Part shown: one piece after another, positions 24,387 to 34,010 of the stretch | Layout of the letters: every line of letters starts with the position of its first letter | Position numbering within the stretch: the stretch's first letter is position 1 | Source: a virus | Lineage: Duplodnaviria; Caudoviricetes | DNA: 61,028 nt | Strand: one strand, 5' to 3' | IMG/VR virus record: IMGVR_UViG_3300036774_000039 | Location: 1-61,028 of that record | Notes under the pieces: generated by a model | What the model was told of the DNA's origin: nothing | Database searches by the model: none | What the model saw: only the letters and a program-made list of their open reading frames with translations | Position numbers and translations under genes: made by a program

Positions 24387-24620
24387 ATGCTGATAACGGG
24401 GGGTGATTTGGAGGAGTTGAAGAAGATTGCTGAGGAGGTAGATTGGGGGAAGAGGAGGGAGAGATTGGAGCGTTGGATGGAGGCAAAAAAATCGGAGCAA
24501 AAGCCGGAGGTGGGATACGCAGGGGACCCGGCGCGGAACAGGATCAAGGTGTTCCCGGAGGGGGTTCAGGTGATGAAGACGAAGGCCCCAGTCTGGGATG
24601 AAAGGGATGGGATGGACTGA
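24387..24620 (+). CDS. Hypothetical protein
   Basis: ORF abutting the next gene. Confidence 0.45.
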   Translation: MLITGGDLEELKKIAEEVDWGKRRERLERWMEAKKSEQKPEVGYAGDPARNRIKVFPEGVQVMKTKAPVWDERDGMD

Positions 24621-24947
24621 ATGCGTGGACAGAACCAGAAATTGAAGGACCCGACGAAGCCGGCAGACACGATGGGTCACGTTCGCAAGACGCTCCTGAA
24701 CACATGGCGCCTGAAGAGGCCGGGGTGGACGCCGAAGAAATTCCGGGATATGAGAAAGGCCCTGGGGATGACACAGGCCGAGTTTGCCGAGGCCGCTGGC
24801 ATTTCGCCGAGGAAGGTGTTATCTTGGGAGAGCCCGAGTAGCAGTCAGGGGAGGCTCCCGAAGGAGGCGATGGTCGTGATCGAGTTTGTCCAGGATCAGG
24901 TCGTAAAAAAGGCGGGCGAGACTCTGACCAACGCGAAGGCCGAATAA
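24621..24947 (+). CDS. XRE-family HTH regulator
   Basis: FRDMRKALGMTQAEFAEAAGISPRKVLSWE. Confidence 0.8.
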   Translation: MRGQNQKLKDPTKPADTMGHVRKTLLNTWRLKRPGWTPKKFRDMRKALGMTQAEFAEAAGISPRKVLSWESPSSSQGRLPKEAMVVIEFVQDQVVKKAGETLTNAKAE

Positions 24948-24972
24948 ATCATAAACCAACAGGAGGTGTGCG

Positions 24973-25173
24973 ATGGCAGACAAGACGAAGGGCTCCAAGA
25001 CCACGATCAAACAGGGAACGGCGACGAAGCCGGCAGACTACACGCCGAAGTCGTACGGCGTGGCCCATCAGCATCCCCATCCCCCGCAGTTCGAGGTTAA
25101 CGGTCCGGGCGGGCTGACTGGCAAGGACGCCAAGGGTCTCTCCACCCTGACGGGCGGCAACAAGAAAAAGTGA
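24973..25173 (+). CDS. Small basic protein
   Basis: AGGAGGT RBS. Confidence 0.65.
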   Translation: MADKTKGSKTTIKQGTATKPADYTPKSYGVAHQHPHPPQFEVNGPGGLTGKDAKGLSTLTGGNKKK

Positions 25174-25258
25174 CGCTCACGGTCATCCATCTGGGGCAGC
25201 GATATTGGGAGACATCCCTCAGTCTGCCCCACGTCACCCACCAATGGAGGCCCGAGCA

Positions 25259-25549
25259 ATGGCAAAGTATAATTGGGATGTGACGCAGTTCCTCAAAGAG
25301 GACAACGGCTCGTTTTCCGGTATGAGGTTGATGGCGATCGTCATCATTGTCTCAGCCTGTTACGTCGCCCTCATCAATGGCGTCGCTATCGCCACAGCGA
25401 TCTCGTCGGGCAAGGCGATCGAGCCAGCAGTGATCGGGAATGTCGCGGGCTTGGTCGGTTCGATGATTACCGCTGCGCTCGGCATGAAGGCGTGGCAGAA
25501 GAAGTCCGAGGAGAAAGGGGGGCCCGGTGAACAAACGCCCCTTAAGTGA
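25259..25549 (+). CDS. Holin-like two-TM protein
   Basis: FLKEDNGSFSGMRLM, two TM helices, KAWQKKSE. Confidence 0.65.
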   Translation: MAKYNWDVTQFLKEDNGSFSGMRLMAIVIIVSACYVALINGVAIATAISSGKAIEPAVIGNVAGLVGSMITAALGMKAWQKKSEEKGGPGEQTPLK

Positions 25550-25985
25550 CTATGTCATCATGGTTATTGTTATTCTCATCGCGACCTACATCGCGCATGA
25601 GCTCTTTCCGAAGATTGAAATCCACAATAACACCGTCACCGTCTATAAGCGCGACACTATCACCGTCACGCTGAAGGAAGTGAAGTACGTCCACATCCCC
25701 GGTCGCATCGACACGCTCCGGGTCAAGGACGAGCCTCCAGCCGCCTACATGATAGCCGATACCACATTCCCCGACTCGGCACATCTGACAGCGGTGGCGT
25801 TCCTGCCCCCGCTTTCGTTTTTTAATGTTCAGTATCAGCCGGCACCACAGAAAGTCGTAACGCTTGAGAAGATTGTGACCAATACCGTTGTCAAGACTGA
25901 GACTGTGATTGATCTGCCGTGGTTGGTGGGGGCTGCGGCCATTGGCGTTGCTGCAGGGATCTACGTTGAGCGGCAAGCCAAGTAA
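25527..25985 (+). CDS. Spanin-like membrane protein
   Basis: N- and C-terminal hydrophobic segments around a Thr/Val-rich beta region; follows the holin candidate. Confidence 0.5.
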   Translation: MNKRPLSDYVIMVIVILIATYIAHELFPKIEIHNNTVTVYKRDTITVTLKEVKYVHIPGRIDTLRVKDEPPAAYMIADTTFPDSAHLTAVAFLPPLSFFNVQYQPAPQKVVTLEKIVTNTVVKTETVIDLPWLVGAAAIGVAAGIYVERQAK

Positions 25986-26180
25986 GCGGGGGCTCAGGGC
26001 TTGGGGGAGGCTCGAGCCCTCGTTATTTCGCGACCAGGCGCACCTCTTTGTGCCGGCACAGAAACGCGACCTCCTGAACCGTCTCCGATGGTTCATCAGA
26101 AAACACACCCGCTTCAGCACGTACCTGAAACTCTCCCGCTGGATCGGATGGCCCCAGTCCACAATGGAAAAGGTGACGGA

Positions 26181-26885
26181 ATGAAGATGACTATGCGAGA
26201 AGGTGTTGTCACGATCGACACGCATATCGACTGGCAGACGGTGAAGATGATTTTTGCTATCGCCGTTATTGCATTCGGCCTCACGCTTGCCCTCGAAGCC
26301 TATAAATATCTGCCTGTATTTCATCCTGTCCATGCGGTACCGGGAGAACTTCCGCCTCCATCGCTTCCAACCGTCAGTCCACTCGACTCGACATGGCAGT
26401 CTATACAGGAATTGAAGGCCCAGATCGAAAAGGCTCAGGTCGTGTACGATAACGCCCGACTGAAATTCTATCGAGAACTCGCAATACAGAAAGCTCCCGA
26501 AGGAATGCCCTGGAGGGTCCTCTTTGGGCTCTGGCGTCAGGAATCAGGACTCGATCACACTAGTCATGGAGATGGTCGGAAGAACAAACATGGTGACATG
26601 GTCTGGAGTGCCTTCGGCCTGGGGAACGTGCATGTACGGACAGCGCAACTTCAGTATGGCTCAGAGATTAAAGAGGCCGATCTCCTGAATCCGATCGTCG
26701 GCGGTGCAGTCTCGGGAAAAGTCCTTGATGACTATACCAAGATGTTTCATGGAGACTTAATCTACGGGATCGCCGCTTATCAACAGGGACCGGGAGTTAC
26801 AAGAGCCGCCTTCCGGGATCACCAGATGCCGACGAATCTCTCGTATGTTGTCCGTGTCCTGAAATATGCCGCCCTTGCAGAATGA
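26181..26885 (+). CDS. Membrane-anchored lytic transglycosylase (SLT-like)
   Basis: TM segment, then WRQESG...AFGLGNV...LLNP...IAAYQQGPG...YVVRV. Confidence 0.75.
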   Translation: MKMTMREGVVTIDTHIDWQTVKMIFAIAVIAFGLTLALEAYKYLPVFHPVHAVPGELPPPSLPTVSPLDSTWQSIQELKAQIEKAQVVYDNARLKFYRELAIQKAPEGMPWRVLFGLWRQESGLDHTSHGDGRKNKHGDMVWSAFGLGNVHVRTAQLQYGSEIKEADLLNPIVGGAVSGKVLDDYTKMFHGDLIYGIAAYQQGPGVTRAAFRDHQMPTNLSYVVRVLKYAALAE

Positions 26886-27277
26886 GACTCCTCATCCTCA
26901 TACTCTGGGCCGGAGTTTCTTTCGCCGGCGAGAAGTCGGTCGTCTTGGAGCCATCACCCATTGCCACCGACTCTTCCGGCATCGTTCTTTCCCTCTCAGC
27001 CCTTCTTGTGTCCTATGATGTCATGTCGACCATTGATATGTTCCAGACCGATAAGGCTATCCGAGGGAAGTATTTCGTCGAGGCCAACCCGCTTCTCTCC
27101 GGTATTGTACGAGATCGTACAGCGTTCTTTCTTGTCAAGATTGGCGGGATGATGCTCGTTAATCTGACGGTGAAACTCCTCTGGAATCAGTCGAGAACCC
27201 TTGCCTGGTGCGTTGCCGCTTTTGCGCTTATCGTCCAAAGTTACGTCACAATCCACAATGACCGGGTCCTGCGATGA
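26882..27277 (+). CDS. Membrane protein (EANPL motif, DUF5658-like)
   Basis: D..ST...VEANPLL...FFLVKIG...IHN. Confidence 0.65.
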   Translation: MRLLILILWAGVSFAGEKSVVLEPSPIATDSSGIVLSLSALLVSYDVMSTIDMFQTDKAIRGKYFVEANPLLSGIVRDRTAFFLVKIGGMMLVNLTVKLLWNQSRTLAWCVAAFALIVQSYVTIHNDRVLR

Positions 27278-27504
27278 GTGATGTGCCGTGGGTCTACTGC
27301 GTGAAATGCAGGACGATGCTCTTCGGAGAGCACGCTTCAAACTATCGGACTTGCCCGATATGCAGGGCCGAATTTTCGCTCTATGGATTTCCGACGCAGG
27401 AGAAGATGCGGGAGTCTGTTCGTCATTATGAATCACTACTTAACGAGGGCCAACATGCTACTTTTCATGGTACTATGGGCGTCACTCATCTTCGCCCTGG
27501 TTGA
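27274..27504 (+). CDS. Small zinc-ribbon protein
   Basis: CVKC...CPIC. Confidence 0.5.
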   Translation: MSDVPWVYCVKCRTMLFGEHASNYRTCPICRAEFSLYGFPTQEKMRESVRHYESLLNEGQHATFHGTMGVTHLRPG

Positions 27505-27940
27505 CTATTTCGGCTACAATACGATCGGCGTCGCCAAGCATCTCGATCTCACCATCTTCAAGAAAGTCATCACATTCGACCTCCAGAAAAAGATTCTTAG
27601 CCTCACGCCGTACCGGTGGTGTCAGATTGTACTGGGGGCAATTCTCGCCTATCTCCTCTACGCAGGACCGGGGCTTCTCTCTGTCGCGCTGTGTCTCGTC
27701 CTGTATTTTACGTTCTTTGATGATCTCCTGTTCTATGGCCTCTCGGAAGCCCTGCAGAAATTTCCCAACGATAAAGGCGTCTTCCAGAGAGAAGTTATGG
27801 GCAATCAGGTTGTCTGGGCGTGGTGGACCGTCTATGGCCTCATCAGAGGCAAGAGAACCGAACCTATCGCCGGCATTATTCTTGTACTCCAGTCGGTAAT
27901 CGGGCTGGCCCTTGTCGTCGCTATCTGCGTGGTGCTATGA
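27428..27940 (+). CDS. Multi-pass membrane protein
   Basis: Several hydrophobic helices; DLLFY and WAWWT motifs. Confidence 0.65.
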   Translation: MNHYLTRANMLLFMVLWASLIFALVDYFGYNTIGVAKHLDLTIFKKVITFDLQKKILSLTPYRWCQIVLGAILAYLLYAGPGLLSVALCLVLYFTFFDDLLFYGLSEALQKFPNDKGVFQREVMGNQVVWAWWTVYGLIRGKRTEPIAGIILVLQSVIGLALVVAICVVL

Positions 27941-28152
27941 TGGAAAAAGTCGATCCCGAGACTGTCGAGACTCCGAACACGGAAATGGGGATGAGGGCGT
28001 TCTTCAAGCTCTCGAAGAAGGACACCGAACTCGCCATCATGTCGTATATCTACAAACTCTACCCCGACCTTGCCGTAGACTGTATGGTCGAGGTGCTGTG
28101 CGCCGCAGAAACGGTCGCGGTCGCATGGAAGAAGAAACCGGAGGCCGAGTGA
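27937..28152 (+). CDS. Hypothetical protein
   Basis: ATGA and GTGA coupling. Confidence 0.55.
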   Translation: MMEKVDPETVETPNTEMGMRAFFKLSKKDTELAIMSYIYKLYPDLAVDCMVEVLCAAETVAVAWKKKPEAE

Positions 28153-28757
28153 TCCCCTACGATGACCAGTACGTGCCAATCCGTGTTGGGGTGATCCTTA
28201 ATGATATGCTCGAGGCCGGCATCACTCGGGTAAGGCTGAATTTCGCGGTTCATCAGACATACGCTGAAATCTCTTCCGGCGTCCGTGACCCGGAGGCCCA
28301 GGTCTACGACGCGATCCTGCCCAATGCGCGGAAAGCCGGGATTGAAAATCTATTCCCCGAGTTTGTCAATGGGCGCACATCACACGCTGCGTCCGATGGC
28401 CTCATAGTAGCCCCGGACGAGATTTTTACCGCATTCGGGCTTCATCAAATCTTCTGGTGGCAGAGGACGTGGTCGAAACTTCTAGGCGAGAACTACATCG
28501 TCAATCCGGCCTACGACGCGGTCTGTCTGGAGAATTCCATCAGGCCGGACGGGACGAATCGCAAAGGGACGGTGATCCATCAGTCGCCTCATACCAGAGG
28601 GACTGCGGTCGACTACACAACCTCTTCCATCGGAAATAATTCCATCAACGATGTCCATGCGGTTTTGATCGACGCCGCCAAAGACCCGCTCTGCAAGATC
28701 AAGGCGCTGACATTTGAACTGCAGAATCACTGTGTCCACTCAGACATACTCCCATGA
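28149..28757 (+). CDS. Peptidase M15-like zinc peptidase (endolysin candidate)
   Basis: SIR...SPHTRGTAVDY...HCVH zinc-binding motifs. Confidence 0.65.
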   Translation: MIPYDDQYVPIRVGVILNDMLEAGITRVRLNFAVHQTYAEISSGVRDPEAQVYDAILPNARKAGIENLFPEFVNGRTSHAASDGLIVAPDEIFTAFGLHQIFWWQRTWSKLLGENYIVNPAYDAVCLENSIRPDGTNRKGTVIHQSPHTRGTAVDYTTSSIGNNSINDVHAVLIDAAKDPLCKIKALTFELQNHCVHSDILP

Positions 28758-28969
28758 CACCAGAACAGGCATATCTGAAGCGCAAGGTTCGAGAGAGGGT
28801 GAAGTGGGATAGTTTCTTGAAAGACTGTAAGATCATTGCCCAGACGCATCCCAAGATCGTCCTTGTGATGATTGTCGCCGAAGTCTGGGGGAGCGTTGTC
28901 ATCGCCCGACACATGCTCGAGACGATGAGCATTATCGACATCGTTAAAAAACTGATCTTCCTGGATTGA
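28754..28969 (+). CDS. Hypothetical protein
   Basis: Coupled ORF immediately before TerL. Confidence 0.5.
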   Translation: MTPEQAYLKRKVRERVKWDSFLKDCKIIAQTHPKIVLVMIVAEVWGSVVIARHMLETMSIIDIVKKLIFLD

Positions 28970-30603
28970 AAGAGACCGCTCACATAGACCTCGACAAGAT
29001 GACGCCGGAGGAGATGGCATCGTATCTGCCGTTCCTCGACGCCGCAGTTTCTCAGGACGAGAGATTGAATCCGCTTCTTACGTTCGTTCCCAACGGCAAA
29101 ATCGAAGAGGTGGTCAATGCAGTCGGAGAAGACCAGGACAAGTGGATTTTCATACTGGCCTCAGCCAATTCCGTGGGGAAAACAGCCGGGACTATCAACA
29201 TTCTCGGCAACATCATCTGGGGTCCTCAGAACGAGTGGTTCCACGGTCCTCGCTATACTGCGTGGAATTCTCCGAAGAAAATCTGGTACATCTCCGAGCA
29301 GTCATCCCTCAAAGACTTCATCGTCGGGACAGACCTTAACGGCCCCTCAGAATTCCACAAGTGGTTCCCAGCCGGCCGCTTCACATGCGTCAAATCCGGC
29401 TACGATTACATATCACGCATATCAACTGATAATGGATGGACGATCACCTTTAAGACATTTGACATGGACGCCTCGAAATTTGAGTCGGACAAGGTCGGAG
29501 TGATCGTCTTCGATGAACCGCCACCGGAGTCGATCTTCAATGCCGCCCTCTCCCGGCTTACGCTGGGCGGGATCGTCATCATGCCGATGACGCCTCTCTT
29601 CCAGTCTGCCTGGGTGAAGAATCGGCTCGTCGATTCCAGTCTCCCGCACGTCTTCCTCCTTACGGCTCACATGCACGCGAACTGCAAACAGTGTAGTGAG
29701 CAGGGGAAGCCGGGGAGCAAGCGGGGGAGACTTGACCACGACTGGCTCCTGGAGTGGGCATCCCAGTTTGACCCTGAAGAAAGGGAGGCAAGGGAAAATG
29801 GCACGTTCGCGCATCTCGTCGGGCTTGTTTATCAAAACATTCATCCCACGTACCATCGACACAATTACCCTGCCGATCACTTCAATCAGGAAGAATATCG
29901 GATCTATTGCGCTATCGACCCCCATGACCGGAAACCTCCCGCGATTGGATGGTTCGCTGTTGACCGTTATGAGAACGGTTTCGCGATCGACGAATTCCCA
30001 TTCTGTCCCGACTTCAAGCCCTTCAACGACATCAAAGCCTGGCCGCTGAAGACTGAGGAGAACTGCGAGTGGATCAGAAAGAAGGAGCTCGCGAATGGAT
30101 GGGAACCACAGAAGATCGTCCGGGTAATGGACCCGAACTGGGGGAGGAAGCCCGATCAGACCATCGGCCTGACAACGCAGGAAATCTATGCGAAAATTGG
30201 CAGGAAGATGAACTACCCCCTCAATTTCAGCCTGAATGTCAATGATGACCTGAAGGCAGGACACCGGCTCGTTCGGGATTCGTTTGCATTAAATCCTGAT
30301 AATCAGACCCGGTTCAAGATAGGAATGATGCTTCACAATACCTGGCATGCCCTTACAAACTATGCCTATGTTGAACGGCAGGGGAAGGCGCTGGACGCCA
30401 AAGGGATCTCCGAAAACGTGGGAGAGAAGTTTAAGGACTTCACTGACCCGTCCCGGTATTTCTGGATGTTCTTCAAGAAGCCCTCCGTCCCGAAGAAGGA
30501 GCAGGAGGAGATCCATACGCTCGACGATCTGGTCTACAAAAAGATACTCCCTCGAGTGAGAGCTAAGGCTAACAAGACACGAAGAAACTGGTCACAAATC
30601 TGA
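28966..30603 (+). CDS. terL: Terminase large subunit
   Basis: Walker A SANSVGKT, Walker B VIVFDEPP, coupling motif MTP, EREARENGTF, and nuclease AIDPH. Confidence 0.9.
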   Translation: MKETAHIDLDKMTPEEMASYLPFLDAAVSQDERLNPLLTFVPNGKIEEVVNAVGEDQDKWIFILASANSVGKTAGTINILGNIIWGPQNEWFHGPRYTAWNSPKKIWYISEQSSLKDFIVGTDLNGPSEFHKWFPAGRFTCVKSGYDYISRISTDNGWTITFKTFDMDASKFESDKVGVIVFDEPPPESIFNAALSRLTLGGIVIMPMTPLFQSAWVKNRLVDSSLPHVFLLTAHMHANCKQCSEQGKPGSKRGRLDHDWLLEWASQFDPEEREARENGTFAHLVGLVYQNIHPTYHRHNYPADHFNQEEYRIYCAIDPHDRKPPAIGWFAVDRYENGFAIDEFPFCPDFKPFNDIKAWPLKTEENCEWIRKKELANGWEPQKIVRVMDPNWGRKPDQTIGLTTQEIYAKIGRKMNYPLNFSLNVNDDLKAGHRLVRDSFALNPDNQTRFKIGMMLHNTWHALTNYAYVERQGKALDAKGISENVGEKFKDFTDPSRYFWMFFKKPSVPKKEQEEIHTLDDLVYKKILPRVRAKANKTRRNWSQI

Positions 30604-30611
30604 CAAAGCAC

Positions 30612-30640
30612 TTGCGTTAAGTCTTCCAAGGCTCTATATT
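30612..30640 (+). promoter_or_regulatory. Candidate promoter upstream of the portal
   Basis: TTGCGT-17 nt-TATATT in the short intergenic gap. Confidence 0.45.
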
Positions 30641-30656
30641 TGCATCGGGGGTTAGA

Positions 30657-32819
30657 ATGTCGCGGGAACGCGCAAAACAGATTCGCATAACAGCAGACGC
30701 ATGGTTCGCATCCATTTATGGATACGCCCCCGGACCTATCCCCGCCGAAGGTGACTCCACCGTACCAAACTACGTCGATGCACTCTGGAAAGACTCGAAG
30801 GACTGGCGCATACGGTCGTTCGATAACCGGATGGAGTACAACGATCCTTTTGAATTCTGGAGAGATGCCAGACGTCTCGAGACGGGACTCCACTGGGAAG
30901 TCTGGGGCAAGCGCAACGCCGGCGACGAAGACAAGTGGAAACAGGAAATCGTCGACGATGAAATCTCGAACCAGATTCGTGTTCGGAAATCCTACCTCAC
31001 CGCAAACTGGCACGACATCTCTGTTCTCCCGAACCTGAAGAACTTCACTACGATCCTCGACCAGGAGCGCGGGAAGACGAAGTGGGGAGACAAGATGATC
31101 CAGACCGTTCACCGGGGACTCAATGAGGGTATGGCCTGTCTGAAGACCATCCTCGACAGGACGGTTGACCCCGATGGACTCGCCAACGAAATCCTCATCG
31201 ACAACGCCGGCATATTCCCGACCCCGTATTCGTACGGGATCAACAAACTTGACGGGACGTGGTATCTGATCCATGCCGAGCTCCAGAGCGTTCAACAGAT
31301 CAAAAACGAATTCCCCCATGCCGACGATATTCAATTCGATCAGGTGCAGGAGGAAATCGCGAAGTATCTGAGGATCGACCTCGACACGACCACGCCTCAG
31401 ACGTACGTTCATACGAAACTCGTCCCCGTCATGCGCCTGTATATGGATGATCCGAAATCCGTCCGGGCTCCGCATGACCAGGAACAGATCGACCTCGAGC
31501 ATCAGGCTCTCCAGAACGGTCACGACCCACAGGTCGACGATGTTGATAACCACGTCGAGCATGTCAAGCAGCACCTCGACTGGCTGGATGCGATGCACCA
31601 GACCGAGCCACAGGATTCCAAGGAAGCCGAACTCCGCGATGCTCAGACGGAGTTAATGGCGATGCACGTCGAGGATCATCACAAGGCGGTTCAGAAAAAG
31701 AGAATGCTCGGCCTCTCCCCCGGCGTCTACCAGAAATACCCGCTCGGTAGAATCATCACGGTTGCCGGTGGCGTCCTGATGGATGACCGACCGAATCCTT
31801 TCCCGATGGACTGGAGAAAACTCTTCCATTTCTGGTACTGCGAGAAACTCCCGAATTCGTGGTGGGGTCGCGGGGTGCCGGAGATCCTCTGGAATACGAA
31901 TCGGGTCGAAGATACGATGCTCTCGAGGACCGCCGACATCGCCCTTACGGTTGGGATGCCAAAGCAGTATTTCGACATCCAGGATAAGGACAACGTCGAA
32001 ACTCAGGGTATCAACAATGATCCTCTGCAGCCCGGTTTCGTTTCAAAGCCTCCTGTATTTCGTACGGGACAGGCTCCGCGAGAGAACATGGAGATTTACC
32101 AGGCCATGAAGACCAACGCCCAGAAGACTCAGGCGGTCTCAGGCGTGAACTACGGTCAGGCGCAGAACGCACAGCAAAGCGGAAAACTCGTCGAGACTCT
32201 CCTCCAGCAAAGTCAGGTCATCATTTCGGGAGAAGCCAATCAGCGGTTGAACGAGACGATCGAGGAGATCATTGAAGCGAGGATCGAGCTCTATAAGGTC
32301 GCCTACAAGGAGCCGAGATTCTATTTCATCAACGGTCAGCCACAGGCGATCGTGCTATCCGATCTTCTCTCGAAATGGAATGTTGTGACTCCCGGAGGGG
32401 AGATGAAGGAACAGGAGATACCGGCATTTTCAATCACGGTGCGCCCGAACTCCAATTTCCCACAACGGTTCGAGTATCAGCTTGCCTTCTTACTGCAACT
32501 TGCTCAGACACCCAGCCCCGATGGAACGCCGCTTGTTCCGCGAGAAGCGATTCTCGACATCGTCGCCAACCTCTACCCGCAACTCGGCAGAGACGGAGAG
32601 TATTACAAGATGTCCGAGGCTCTCAAAATCGGTATGCAAGTCATCGCCCAGCAGGAGCAGAAGCAGAAAGAAGACCAGAAGACGATGAAGAACATCGCCG
32701 GGAAAATAAGGAATAAGGGCATCAACGAATTACTGAACAAGGGAAACCTTCAGGGAGGCGATAATGGAGGAGCAGAATCAGGAAGTCCCGGTGGCGCAGG
32801 AAGCCCCGGTAACGGGTGA
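30657..32819 (+). CDS. Portal protein (podovirus-type)
   Basis: 720 aa directly after TerL; WWGRGVPE, VSGVNYG...SG, and a Gln-rich helical C-terminus. Confidence 0.8.
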   Translation: MSRERAKQIRITADAWFASIYGYAPGPIPAEGDSTVPNYVDALWKDSKDWRIRSFDNRMEYNDPFEFWRDARRLETGLHWEVWGKRNAGDEDKWKQEIVDDEISNQIRVRKSYLTANWHDISVLPNLKNFTTILDQERGKTKWGDKMIQTVHRGLNEGMACLKTILDRTVDPDGLANEILIDNAGIFPTPYSYGINKLDGTWYLIHAELQSVQQIKNEFPHADDIQFDQVQEEIAKYLRIDLDTTTPQTYVHTKLVPVMRLYMDDPKSVRAPHDQEQIDLEHQALQNGHDPQVDDVDNHVEHVKQHLDWLDAMHQTEPQDSKEAELRDAQTELMAMHVEDHHKAVQKKRMLGLSPGVYQKYPLGRIITVAGGVLMDDRPNPFPMDWRKLFHFWYCEKLPNSWWGRGVPEILWNTNRVEDTMLSRTADIALTVGMPKQYFDIQDKDNVETQGINNDPLQPGFVSKPPVFRTGQAPRENMEIYQAMKTNAQKTQAVSGVNYGQAQNAQQSGKLVETLLQQSQVIISGEANQRLNETIEEIIEARIELYKVAYKEPRFYFINGQPQAIVLSDLLSKWNVVTPGGEMKEQEIPAFSITVRPNSNFPQRFEYQLAFLLQLAQTPSPDGTPLVPREAILDIVANLYPQLGRDGEYYKMSEALKIGMQVIAQQEQKQKEDQKTMKNIAGKIRNKGINELLNKGNLQGGDNGGAESGSPGGAGSPGNG

Positions 32820-33003
32820 CATCAGCGTTGACCGCAAGGCGCTCTACCGGATGCTCAATGCGATGGTCAAAGGGCAGTCTCAGGTCTACGCCGGCTACGG
32901 CGGGATCGTCCATTTCAAGCAACTCTTCGGTTGTATGGACTATCCCGAGTGCGAAGCGAAGTGGCAGGAGATCAAGAACTTTCTCGAGAAGGAGCCCTGG
33001 TGA
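32764..33003 (+). CDS. Hypothetical protein
   Basis: GGAGG RBS; TGATG coupling. Confidence 0.6.
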   Translation: MEEQNQEVPVAQEAPVTGDISVDRKALYRMLNAMVKGQSQVYAGYGGIVHFKQLFGCMDYPECEAKWQEIKNFLEKEPW

Positions 33004-33365
33004 TGAAGGTAAAACTGAAGTCACTCGCCCGGAAACGGGAGAAAATCTCAGCGAAACCAACGCCGATCGACGCTCCCTCCTATCCCCGCATTGACTTGGA
33101 TAGCCGGGAGATGCCGGAGATCGCCGGCCTGAAATTCGGCGACGAGGTTCATCTACATCTCCACGGCAAGGTCGACTCGCGCTCGATGAGCGACTGGGAC
33201 GGGAAGCCGACGCACCGCGCCAGCATCAAGCTCCTCAAAGGGGCGATCCAGCATCCGAAGGTTCTTCACAATACGACCGAGGCGATCGACAGCGCTTCCA
33301 AGGAAGCGGGTGGCCTCGGCAGGATCGTCAGCGACTTCGAGAGCATGTCCGGGATGAAGGCATGA
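33003..33365 (+). CDS. Hypothetical head-region protein
   Basis: YPRIDLDS..PEIAGLKFGDEV...GKV. Confidence 0.65.
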   Translation: MKVKLKSLARKREKISAKPTPIDAPSYPRIDLDSREMPEIAGLKFGDEVHLHLHGKVDSRSMSDWDGKPTHRASIKLLKGAIQHPKVLHNTTEAIDSASKEAGGLGRIVSDFESMSGMKA

Positions 33366-33619
33366 GCAGCCTCGGAAAAGCACTCGAGGGGATAAACGGT
33401 CAGCGTATGCGCGAAGGGAAAATTGCCACGTTTTCTATTCGCCTCATCAATGGTCAGTCATATATGATCCAGATTAAGGATATTGGCGAGGATCATATCT
33501 CTGTCAAGGTCCACAATTCCTGGTCGCGCTATATCGCCATTGATGCGATCGCTGAATTCTGGGATGTCAGCGAATCGGACGCCCATACATTTAAGGACAT
33601 TGAACCGAAGGGAGAATAA
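33362..33619 (+). CDS. Small protein, possible Sm/LSm fold
   Basis: FSIRLINGQSY..QIKDIGEDHISV...YIAIDAIAEF. Confidence 0.55.
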   Translation: MSSLGKALEGINGQRMREGKIATFSIRLINGQSYMIQIKDIGEDHISVKVHNSWSRYIAIDAIAEFWDVSESDAHTFKDIEPKGE

Positions 33620-33621
33620 CA

Positions 33622-33810
33622 ATGGTTATGGACAAAGACCTCTCGGCAGTCGCGAAGAAATGGTCGAAGCGCCGGAAGAAGGGGAAGGCCGTGGGTGGAA
33701 AACTCCACCGCACGAAGCGCTTCACGACCAACGAAGACAGTCCGATCTACGACGAGAAGAAAGGCCGGATGCAGAGGACGGAGAAGGCGATCGACAAGCC
33801 GTATAACTAG
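33622..33810 (+). CDS. Small basic protein
   Basis: GGAG RBS; K/R-rich. Confidence 0.55.
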   Translation: MVMDKDLSAVAKKWSKRRKKGKAVGGKLHRTKRFTTNEDSPIYDEKKGRMQRTEKAIDKPYN

Positions 33811-33818
33811 GGGGCCCT

Positions 33819-34010
33819 ATGCCCGTCGCGAAAGAGAACGAACTGAAGCGCGTCGCTGCCAAGTACGCAAAGTCGGGGCGCCTGAAGAAGAAAAAGGGCG
33901 AGTCGACCAAGGAAGCGAAGAATGCGTACGTCTACGGAACGCTCAGAAAGATCGAGAAGCGCCACCGCGCCAAGGGTGGGAAACCCGGAAAATATCTCCA
34001 CAAGGTCTGA
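33819..34010 (+). CDS. Small basic protein
   Basis: MPV..ENELKR...AYVYGTLRK. Confidence 0.65.
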   Translation: MPVAKENELKRVAAKYAKSGRLKKKKGESTKEAKNAYVYGTLRKIEKRHRAKGGKPGKYLHKV

